64,000 bases of DNA from positions 21,266,001-21,330,000 of the forward strand of contig JBHGNT010000007.1 in the NCBI GenBank assembly GCA_043228905.1, written 5' to 3'. Origin of the DNA: Azolla caroliniana (Eukaryota > Plantae > Polypodiophyta). Shown here in pieces: positions 39,800 to 50,921 of the stretch. Numbering within the stretch: position 1 is the stretch's first letter; each line of letters opens with the position of its first letter. The notes beneath the pieces are model-generated. The model made no database searches. It saw nothing but the letters and a program-made list of their open reading frames with translations, and was not told the DNA's origin. The translations under genes and the position numbers were made by a program.

Positions 39800-42700
39800 A
39801 AGATTTTCGCCGCCAACACGACCGCGAGGAAGCTTCAACTCCGCCAAGAGTTGAACAACATTCAACAAATGGACATGTCCATCACGACATACACCTTGAA
39901 GATCAAGGAGCTTTGCGACTCGCTCGGCTCAATAAGCGTAAGTATAGATGATGATGAGATGGTGCAAATATGCCTCGGCAGCCTCGCACCACAGTTTAGC
40001 GCGATGCGAACCGCCGTTCTAGCACGGGAGAAATCTCCCTCCTTCTTCGAGCTCCAATCAATGCTATTGGTCGAAGAAAACCACGTGCGTACAAGGAGCA
40101 ATGAGTCGGAAGGCCACATGCTCTACACGTACTCTAACGGAGGAAGAGGACGCGAACGAGTGAGAGGCCGATTCGGCCAAGGACAAAGCGGACGAGGTCC
40201 GACCTACGACAATAACTCCCAATTTCGGCTGCAAAACGGAGGCCAACAAGGAACCTTCGCAAGAAGGGGGAGCTTCCACTCCAGGCCGAGCCGACAAAAC
40301 GCAACCGAATGCCGATATTACGGAAAGCTCGGCCACCACGAAGAAGAGTGCCAAAAGAAGATGCGTGAATCAGCTTCCACAAGCCGACAACTCACAAATT
40401 ACGCACACAACTCCGACTACGAAGATCGTGGCGGAATATATGCACACAACTCCGACCGTGGTGAAATGTACGGGCATAACTCCGACTACGAAGATTGTGG
40501 CGGAATGTATGCGCACAACTCCGACCATGGCGGAATGTTCATGATGAAACATAGAGGAAACTCTATGTCGACCGCTACCTCAACTAGTGCCTCCGGTCCG
40601 GAAGACGTATGGTTCGTCGATTCCGGTGCCTCGAACCATATGACATCGCATCAAGAATGGTTCTGAGAACTTCAAGAGCCGGACTGACCCGGCTATGTCG
40701 AAACCGGAGATGACACTACGCACCCAATTCGGCACATTGGCAATGTTCCGTTCGGAAAAGAAGGTAAGAAAAATTACATTTAAAATGTCTTGCATGTACC
40801 GACCATTACGAAGAATTTGGTCTCCGTCGGCCAAATTGTAGAGCAAGGGATGCAAGTTCAATTTAATCAAGGCGGTTGCTTCATCGAAAAAGAGGGTCGA
40901 CTCATCGCACGCGGACGAAGAGAGGACCGGATGTTCATTCTCGATTCACGCGAGATGAAATCCACCATGTTTGCGAAAAACACGAAAGCCGACTCCGACA
41001 TAGAGCTATGGCACAAGCGAATCGGCCACATCAATCTCAACAAACTCAAAGCAATGAAATCGAAAGGAGTCATCATCAAACTCCCGACATTCAAAGAGAA
41101 GGAGACTAAAGGTGTATGCGAAGCGTGCCAATTCGGAAAGCAACACCGACACCCATTCCCGAAAGAACGGAACGTGAGCAAAGGTCTACTTGACGTAGTC
41201 CATTCCGACGTATGGGGACCGGCGCAGACGGCTACATTCGGCGGATGCCGATATTACGTGCTCTTCATCGACGACTTCTCTAGGCACACTTAGATCTACC
41301 TGATGCGGCAAAAGAGCGAAGTGTTTGGACACTTCCAAAATTTCAAGAATGAAGTCGAGAAAGCCACGGGCCGACATGTACGTTGTCTTCGATCGGATGG
41401 CGGCAAGGAGTACTTCTCGGACGATTTCACGGCGTATCTCCGAAAGGAAGGAATTCGGTGAGAATTCACTTGCCGACACATTCCACAACAAAACAGAGTA
41501 CCCGAGCGCAAAAATCAGCACATCCTCGAAGTAGCGCAGGCCATGATGAACGAGAATAGACCTTTGACCCAGTGGCAAAGATGACGACGATGCGGATCGT
41601 AATTGCGATTGTCGCGGCGAAAGGGTGGCACCTCCATCAAATGGACGTCAAGAACGCCTTTCTACAAGGTGAATTAGAAGTGGAGGTGTACATCATCCAA
41701 CCACCCGGCTTCAACTCGAGCACCCATCCGAAACCGGTTTGCCGACTCAAGAAGCCGCTCTACGGCCTCAAGCAAGCACCGCGTGCTTGGCATTCGAAGA
41801 TAACGCAATATCTTCATCAAATCGGCTTTCGTATGTCAAAATCGGACAACTCCCTCTACATACGAAGTGATTCCGAAAGTCCGATCGTCATCATTTTATA
41901 TGTGGATGACCTAGTCATTGGAGGTGAGCATCTCGTCGAAATCAATAAAGTCAAATCCCTGCTTCCCGACAAGTTCGAGATGACGGACATGAAGGAGCTC
42001 CACTACTTCCTCGGCATCGAGGTAATTCGGACTCCGTCCGGACTCATGATCTCTCAACGGCACTACATCCTCAACTTGTTATACAAGTTCGGGATGGCTG
42101 AGTGCAAATCCGCGGCAACCCCGCTCGATCGCAATCTCAAACTAGATGCGAACTCTGGCACCAAAGCGTGTGAGCTGACTCAGTATTGGCAACTCATCGG
42201 GAGTTTCATCTACCTCACGATCACACGACCCGATCTCAGTTATCCGGTCGGTCTCCTTAGCCAATTCATGCAAACACCGCATGATACTCACTTGGATTGC
42301 ATTAAGCGAGTTCTACACTACGTGACCGGCACAATGGATTGTAGCATCCTCTACAAGACCGTGATGCCAATACGACTCGAGGGGTACACAAACGCCGATT
42401 GGGCCGGCTACAAAGTTGATAGAAGATCAACCTCCAGATTTGTTTTCTCCCTCGGCAGCGGATCAATATCCAGGAGTAGCAAGAAGCAGCCTACCGTCAC
42501 TCTTTCGAGTACGGAGGCAGAATACAGGGGCGCAGTCGTAGCTGCGTGTGAAGCCGTATGGTTCAAGAGGATTTTGAAGGATCTGGGCGTACCCATCAAG
42601 GATCCGACTTCCCTTTACTGCGACAACATGAGCAGTATCTATCTAGCTCGAAACCCGGTGTTCCACACGCGGACAAAGCACATCGAAGTGCACTATCACT

Positions 42701-42953
42701 TCATCCGAGAGCGCGTTCTGGCTAGGGATGTCGACCTACAACACATTAGCACCAATCTTCAAACGGCCGACATCTTCACTAAAGCCTTGGGAGCCGACAA
42801 GCTATGGCAATTCAAGCTTTCACATTCCCCATGCTCCATGAGTCTTGTAGTTAATGAAGAGAGAGGGTGACTTCATAAAACACCCTCCTCCCACCTTGTA
42901 TGTTGTTGAGTCTTTCTCCTTTGTCAATATACTTTTACCTTACGTATTCTCTG

Positions 42954-42988
<35 letters not shown>

Positions 42989-43046
42989 CACACACATAAC
43001 TCACATCTCTTCCGCTTCACAAGAATCCATCTCTTGATTCTTTACA
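39800..43046 (+). mobile_element. Deleted Ty1/copia element inserted in the ParB-MTase pseudogene
   Basis: gag, PR, IN, RT and RH (ORF 41572-42870), then a partial 3' LTR ending ...ttctttaca at 43046. 5' LTR lost. Internal deletions near 41560 and 42815. Confidence 0.92.
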
Positions 43047-43406
43047 GTAATTGAAGAGTTAGCCGAAGATATGAAGCTACTTCCTTGGCGGTCACTGCAA
43101 GGAATTAACGATGACAGATTATTGATATCTGTATTATCAAGAGTGGCCGCCAAGGAGTTTAGTCTTGATGAAATGGTCACAGAGTTTCAAAGGTGAGTCA
43201 TCTATGTGCATGTATCTTTTTTATTTGAATGCTTTGTTGATTTGTTCTTTATTCTAATTTTAGTTTCTTTTGTTTTTTAGCCATAAGGTGTATATGAAGA
43301 TTCAAGTGTTGATGATGAAAAATTTGTCCCTACCTATGTGGGAAGAAGTGGAACAATCGTGCCCAAAAACATCATCTTACAAGGCTCTTGAAGAATTCTT
43401 TATCGT

Positions 43407-45939
43407 TGTTGTTGGGGAGGGGGGTGAATGGCTTCACCCTCCCTCCCAAGGGGATTACAATAGAGAGAGCTAAGGAGAGTGAGAATACAAGATGACACCA
43501 AAAATGAGGGGGGGGAAAGCTATATATCCATTACATGCCCCATAAGGAGTTTATATAATACATAATGTAACGGTAAATAATATGTCTGTTACAAAAAGAG
43601 ACCGTTACATTCTTGGTGTGCATGTGCTCACACATATACATTACACATACCGAACAACCCCTTTAACGTGTTTTACCCTTATACCGCCCCATACAACTTC
43701 TACGGGTAACACATGGCACGTCTGTGGGACAGTGCATCGCACGATGAACCCACTCACCATGACAACTATTAACGACCGGAACTCCAATGGTCGTCTCAAC
43801 GGTTAGAAATTCATCGACCGGATCATAGCTCTACGATCGATAACTTCGATCGGACCATAACTTGACTCGAACCTTCTCGTTCGGTCAGCATGTCGCTCAA
43901 TTGGATCACACACCAATTGGCTCCTTCATTGCGGTATGGGCCTTTCATGATTCTGTTACATGTATGTGTATTTTCGGTTTCGTCATGTGAATTGAGCTTT
44001 GAATATTTTAACCCTTGGTCTCTAAGATTTTTACCCTCAGAGTTTTTGAAATTTTCTTTATTATGCCCTTATAAAATTTAGTCGTATGGCCTCCTGTTTT
44101 CGAAATTCCGTCTCTGCATGCCCTCGCATGATTGAAATTTTCGGTTATACCCTCCACTCTCTTTCTTCTTCTTCCTTTTCTCTGCTTCCTCGTTTCTGGC
44201 TTTGTTTCTCTTTTCTTTACCCTTTCTCCTTTTGTGTGTTTCCTGATTTCGTCTTTGATTCTTCTCTATTGCTTCTATTTCTTCTTCTTATTCATCTTCT
44301 ATCTTCGTCTTTCTTCTGTATCGTTGTTGTCATCATCTTCTTCTGCTTCCTTCATTTCTTCTTCATTCTTCTTTCCCTTGTTGGCTTGGATGATCCTGTC
44401 GGAGCCATGGCAGAGCTCGGTGAAGCTCTCTCTCTCTGCTTTGTCTTCGTCTAAGTCTGTTTCTGTGTCCGTCAAAGTCGTTACTGTTCGTCGGCCGTCG
44501 GTCGTGCCTGTCCGTTGGCCATCTGTCGATCGTCTCGGCCATGCTCTTGGTCGCACGTCTCAGGTCGTTGTCGGCCATTGTCGGACCAATCGGCACTACC
44601 ATTCGGCCATTGTCGGCCACTGTTCGGCCGTCGCTCGAATGGCTGTAGTGGCTTGAACTCTTGCTTCTCGCCACTGTGCTCTCTTGGACTTCTTTTATGA
44701 AAAATCAAACTTCGAAGGTCTGCTAACAAAGCAACCATACTGAGCCTTAATAGTATCTATGCTGATGGACAGGGTAGTGGCATTGTACTCATCGATTTGA
44801 TGGGATCAGTAGTGAGTATCTCCATAAATGCCTCTTCCTTTCTTTCCCTTTAGATTTGCTTCATCTTCATCGAGAAGGATCATATTCACCACAACAAGTA
44901 ACATTGTCATATTCATTAGTACTAGTAATTCCATCTATGCTGTGAGAGAGACATGCTCCCATTTCTACTCCACTTTCGGATGATCAAATCAGACTTCTGA
45001 GTGAAAGATTAATGTAGGACAAACCCCTTACACAGAAATTGTAACTTATATTCCCGCCATCATACCGATCTGCTACCGGTGATGGCAGAGCTGCTGGTCC
45101 ACATACCTCAATCTCCCCCATCCCACCAAAGGAGTTGCTGCTATCTGGAGGAGGGTATCTGATGATGGTGATGGTGATTATGGTGAAAATGATAACGATG
45201 ATGAAGGAGCCAAAACTTCCAAATATCCATAGAATCGTTCTCTTTCCTTTGTAGATACTTTGCAGAGAGTTGCTTTCTATATAGAGAGAGTCTAAGCACA
45301 GAAAGATTAGGGTTTCTTTCTTGAAATCAAAGTAAAGGTCGATCTGGAAAAAAGAAGAATGACATATTACAACACACAAAAGATAGGGGGAAGAGCAAAA
45401 AGATGGTCATCTCACTAAATCTCTAGATCCTAATTCCCAACCCACATGAAGAACCTTTAATAAAATGGATCACCATACAGAGAGTCTATGCACAAAACCA
45501 CTCTCTTTAACACGGATAGTAACAACACACAACAAAGGAGAGAGAGAGAGATTAGTGATGGAGAGGAGAGCGAGGGAGGGAGATGTGACTTCTTCTCAAA
45601 GGAGGGTCGTCCCACCATGCGTGCCAAAAGTGTTGTTGGGGTGGGGAGTGAAGCCTAGAATGGCTTAACCCCCCTCCCAAGGGGGTTACGTTAGCGAGAG
45701 AGCAAGAGAGAAAGAAAAATAGGAAATGACACCAAATGAGAGGGGAAAAATGTATATCCATTAGATGCCTCATAAGGGGTTTATATAATACATAATGTAA
45801 CGGTAAATAATGACTGTTACAAAAGTTGTGCATGTGCTCACACATACTCATCCTCACATACTCATTTATTTTACACATACACATCAACCACATCATTACA
45901 CATACCCTTATGCCTCCCCATATATTCTTACGGGTAACA
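43407..45939. mobile_element. Non-autonomous LTR element (TRIM/LARD-like), no coding domains recognised
   Basis: Diverged direct repeats 43407-43711 and 45631-45939 (TG...CA). 5-bp TSD ATCGT (43402-06 and 45940-44). Removing it restores host exon EFFIVFREW. Confidence 0.88.
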
Positions 45940-46964
45940 ATCGTGTTTAGAGAATGGGTATGTATGTTCTACAAATATTAATTGATTTTTTTATAATGGG
46001 TTTCTTCTTACAAAATTTATAATTATAGAAACCACCTTGTTCAAAGAAGGATAGTCACAGCAATGAAGGATACCTAGCACCTTAATCACCCATTTGGAAC
46101 GAGCTAAATACGAGAAACGGATGACAAAAGGAAAGGAGCTCGAGGTGCTTGCGAAATCAGATACCATAAAAAGCTTTTTGCACAAGAGTGATCCTTTCCG
46201 ACAATTGTATTATAGTGTATATAATGGTGATGTGGGTAATATGCTTGACATATTACCCAAAAGACATTATATATTGCTCGTGGCAGATATATCGTATGGC
46301 TTCAGAATATCAAGCTCGACATACAACGATGTGCCATACAAATATGTGTGTGGGCTACTACGACGCAATTTCTAAGAAGAAGGCTCGGGCACAAGTTAAT
46401 GAGTGGAACATTGTCAACTATATCATGTGCCCAGCTGTAACGAAGAAATTGCGCCACGTGTCTGGCGCTAAGAGTTTAGTAAACCCTTATCAAAAGCCCC
46501 AACGATTAATTAATCAATTGGTTGAGTTGTTCTCGAACCCTGATGATTGGGTTCTCGACTTATATTCTAGAACAAGTAATCTCATAAGTTTCATCAATTT
46601 TTTTTAAAATGAAATATTATTTCTAGTCTTGTTTTCTTACTTTTGTATGTGTGATTGTAACTTATTTAGGAATGACGACTGCATGTGCTCTTAAACTGTT
46701 CAGGAACTGTGTCACATTAGAAAAGGACCCCGACCAAGTCAATTTTATTAAGATGAGGATCCAAGGCATCTGGGATTGTCTCGACCAGGACCAAGAGGTT
46801 GGGGCAAAGCATATCAACGAAACAAAGATGTTTCAGATGGCCTCTAGAGAGCCGATGGAACCTATAGATGAGGAAGGAGGCGACCTTGTCGACCTTGAAG
46901 ATGCACCGGGTTCTGATCATATACAAGATTCAGCTGAGGAGATAGAACATGTTGATGCAGCACC

Positions 46965-47234
46965 TGACGGGAACTAAACGCTCCTTATGCGCAACGCTCG
47001 GCCACAACCGAGCTTAGAATCATACACAAAAAAACAGGAATGAATGCACGACACAGTGAAGAGAAGAGTACACAGGATGTTTACGTGGAAAACCCAAACT
47101 AGGGAAAAATCACGGCAGCCCACAGGCTGCAAACTATCACTATGTTACAGTGTACAACAGTAAAGCACTGAGGCAACAACCTCGAGCTTTCTATCTTCGC
47201 CACAGGCGGCGGTTACAACAGAGGCAACGACCTC

Positions 47235-47272
<38 letters not shown>

Positions 47273-47723
47273 CACAGTTACGCGCTCTGATCTTGCACAC
47301 ACAAGAATGACAACAACACTCTACATCGTCACCAATAAGTTTTCCCTAAGTCATATTTATACTAATATGACTTTTCGGCTATTTACAAATATGGCCTCAA
47401 TGGACTCTCAGAAACATATTTACGAATATGTCTCTTCATCCGGTGAGCACTCCTCACCGGGCCTGCACCATCCGGCTCTCCATAGCCCGGTACTCCTCAT
47501 CTGGTTCTCACCGGGTCTGCACCATCAGGCTCTCCGTAGTCGGGTTCTCCTCATCCGGTTCTCACCGGGTCTGCACCATCCGACTCTCCGTAGCCGGGTT
47601 CTCCTCATCCGGTTCTCACCGGGTCTGCACCATCCGGCTCTCCGTAGCCAGGTACTCGTCATCCGGTTTGCTCATCAGCACTGTCCTTCTCTCTTCCCAT
47701 CCGGAGGGACCTGTCTCCCAACA
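46965..47723 (-). mobile_element. Solo LTR (copia-type) containing a 54-bp tandem repeat
   Basis: TG...CA ends. TSD GCACC (46960-64 and 47724-28). tttacgtggaaaaccc...gggaaaaatcacgg LTR motif. About 4 x 54-bp units at ~47450-47670. Confidence 0.88.
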
Positions 47724-49894
47724 GCACCACTGTCATCTGATCTTGGAGAGCAGCCTGTTCCAGACCTCCTAATGGACTGATTGTATATTAGTTTGTATTT
47801 GTAACTATAAAATTGTAACACTAAACTTGTTTTGTAATATAAGATTATTTTGTTTGAGTACCATTTCTTTACACTATCTGATCGGTTTGCAAACTTTAAG
47901 TGTCTGTCATATATTTGTATTGGTTGACTCGCAAAGTATGTGGTTGTGTAAACGATTACTTGTGGAAGCGTTAGAAAACAAAAAAGTAGAGAATACACAT
48001 AGTACACGGGAGAGACAGAGAGAGCAAAACATAAGAGCTATATTCAAAAACAATATAAACACTTTGTACATACAATTGTGCTCAGTAGCACTATTTATAC
48101 AAGTCCTCGTGGGCCTGACACAAGTACCGCGTACTTCAATGCTCACACAAGCATCTGACACTTACTACAAGACTATAACTGCCTAGTAGTCTAAACTAAT
48201 ACTAGGCTTCTGGTTACTGATTGGATCCGGCTAACCGGCTCTGTTGCTTGTCGGCTCGGTTGCTCATCGGCTTACCGATCCGTCTCGCTTGCTGGCTCAG
48301 GCTTATCCAGCTAATCCGGCTCCAATTGAGCTTGCCGCTCAACACTCCCCCTCAAGCTCAACTTGAGGTTGGATCCTAGTGTCAGCCTCTGTGGCAGTCG
48401 GTTCTTCCAATCGACTTCTCCTGGCATTGTTCCGCCTTGCTCGCGCTCCTCGTCCGGTCCAGTTCTGTTTGCCGCGACCCCTCTTGTTCTGCGCACCTTG
48501 ACCTCGGTTTGCTTGTCTGCTCAATAGGCCCCTCTCAGCTCCTTCGCTGCTATGACTCCGGCGCTTGCCGATCCGTCGGTTCCTCTGCGATGGCATCGAC
48601 TTCCGCTGCATCCGTGTTTGCTTGGCCTCTAGTTGATTCGGTTCATCCAGATCCGTCTGTTGATCCGAATCGGTTGTCCCCGATTCGTTCCAGCTCTTGT
48701 TCGAGTCGATATCCTCCGACTCGTCTTTCGGTTTAAGGCCCTTCACAACATCAGACCATGTCCGGGTCTTGGCCTTGCTTCCATCCTCGGCTTCTTCAGC
48801 CCCCTTGTCTCCCCCTCTTCCGGTTCTTCCCTTACCGGTGTCGGCAACAATCTCTTTGCCTTTGCCCGTTCCAGTGTCTTTGCCCGTCCTCCCCCTCAAG
48901 TGTGGCACGTCGGGATGCTGAACACCAAGCATTTCGGTGAAGTGTTGCAACTTGTCTGATCCGAGTGGTTTGGTGAAGATGTCGGCAACTTGCCAGTCCG
49001 TGTGAACATACCGAAGTTCAACCTCACCGCTCAGGACACGCTCACGCACGACGTGATAGTGCACTTCTATGTGTTTTGTGCAAGCATGGAATACGAGGTT
49101 CTTGGCGAGTTGCATGTTGCTTATGTTGTCGCAGTACACCAGAATCGGGGTCAGTACTTCGATCCGTAGGTCTTGCAGTAGTCGCCGAAGCCAAATGGCT
49201 TCACAGGTGGCAATGGTAGCGCCCCGATACTGACTTATCATTTTGACCGGATAGTTGATGTCGAGTCGTGTGATAGTCAAGTAAATAAGGATTCCGACAA
49301 TTTGTCGGAACCGTTGCTCATTGCAGGCCGGTCCGGAGTTGGGACGAAGCTTCTGGTTCCGGTCCAAGGGTGTGGGGACAAGTCAGCATTTTGTCATGCC
49401 AAACTTGTACAACATATTCAAGACATAATGTCGTTGTGAGAGCAATATGCCGCCAGGTCCTTCATCTCAAATGCATCTAACAACTGGGACTTGACATGGT
49501 TGACTTCTGGAAGACCCGATCCGGTGATGACTAAATCATCAACATACAGCAGGATACATACCGGACCGGCTGAGCCTTGCCGGATGAACAACGAAGAGTC
49601 GGACTTGGAGGCCGCAAACCCCATCTTACGCAACCGGTGCGTGATCTTCGCATTCCAAGCGCGAGGGGCTTGCTTCAGGCCGTACAATGACTTCTTCAGT
49701 CGGCACACCGCTGACTTGTTCATCTCCGATTGAAAACCGGGGGGTTGAGTCATAAAGACTTCTTCTTCAAGATCACCCTGAAGAAACGCATTCTTCACAT
49801 CCATCTGGTGAAGATGCCACCCCCTTGCTGCAGCAACCGCTAGCACCACACGAACCGTCGTCATCTTCGCTACCGGAGCGAAGGTCTCGTCGTA

Positions 49895-49930
49895 AACACG
49901 TTCGCGTTCACAAGTGGAAGGATTGCGCAT
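49895..49930 (+). repeat. Left terminal inverted repeat
   Basis: 35/36 reverse-complement match to 59051-59086. Confidence 0.95.
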
Positions 49931-50921
49931 TCCACTTGTAGAATCTTCTTAAAACGAAGCAAATACACCCTCTCTACAAAAATTGGATGCACTAGTATCA
50001 CATGTTCCTCAACTTGATGAGAATTTGCAAATATAAAAATATATGATAGATCTACGAGTGGAGATCATTAGAAATCATGCAAGTTTAGACATGTTGATAA
50101 GTTAATGTAGGCATAATAAAGTTCAACTATGGCTCAATATGTCACTACTGTGCGACAAGGGAAACACTAACTTAAAGACTTATATTAATTAGGTAAGTTT
50201 TACAAAAATATCAGGTGTACTTGTATCCATACTAATAAAATGAGATATAATTTATACTTTGACCCATATGTGCATGTAGGATAGTGCACATTAGGATAAG
50301 TGATTGGAATAACTAACTTATTAAAGTATTCAATACTTGTATTTAAAGTTGATCTAATCTATTCCTCAATTTGTTCATATGGGATCAAACCATATGTTTA
50401 TAATTGTGGACAATGTAAGGCAGTGAACTTTAGGATAATGTCGTGGAAATAACAAACCTATTAGGCTTTCATACCTGTATTTAAAATTGATCTACTCTAT
50501 TGCTTAGGTGATTCACACAAGATCAAACTCCGAACGATAATGCAACTGGAACCATTATCAACACACTACACAATCTAAGCAGCAATGGAATAGAAACATA
50601 ATAGTTTTAACAATAGAAGACAAAGATCCATAATAACAACATGGACAGTCATGGCAACAATTATAGGGCCATGTTCTGTTAAGGTTAGCTTGGACCAAAA
50701 TCAGCCTCCATTTAAACTAGTTCATGTTTCTCCATAAGTTTGGTAGTCAGTTATGCACGCGGTGAAACCAATGTCATAAATCTACTAATCAAGTATATAA
50801 AAATAAAATTGAAACATATAGAAGATTATAAAGAATAGAATCCACTAGGTAAAACCCAAAATTTGTATTAATAATATGAAATCTTAACAAATCGTCAGTG
50901 TCATATTCTTCATAGAGTCTA

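Larger units (their letters stand above)
38377..47780 (+). pseudogene. Decayed second copy of the ParB-like/DNA amino-methyltransferase gene, interrupted by three LTR insertions
   Basis: Pieces ~38377-39800, 43047-43192, 43281-43406, 45945-45957, 46029-46575 (internal deletion ~46339), 46670-46964 and 47729-47780. Motifs YVIGGSHSAEARRQL, LLAWDHNNDNDYRQKMS, ADISYGF and NPYQKPQRL...DWVLDLYS. Intron positions match 50922-55134. Confidence 0.88.

Noticed and set aside
44086-44738. Hydrophobic ORFs that might be an env-like or membrane protein
   Set aside because: They derive from low-complexity CT-rich sequence in a non-coding LTR element, and several frames are equally open.
47307-47780. 157-aa repeat-protein ORF
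   Set aside because: It is the translation of the 54-bp repeats in a solo LTR running into the host gene tail.
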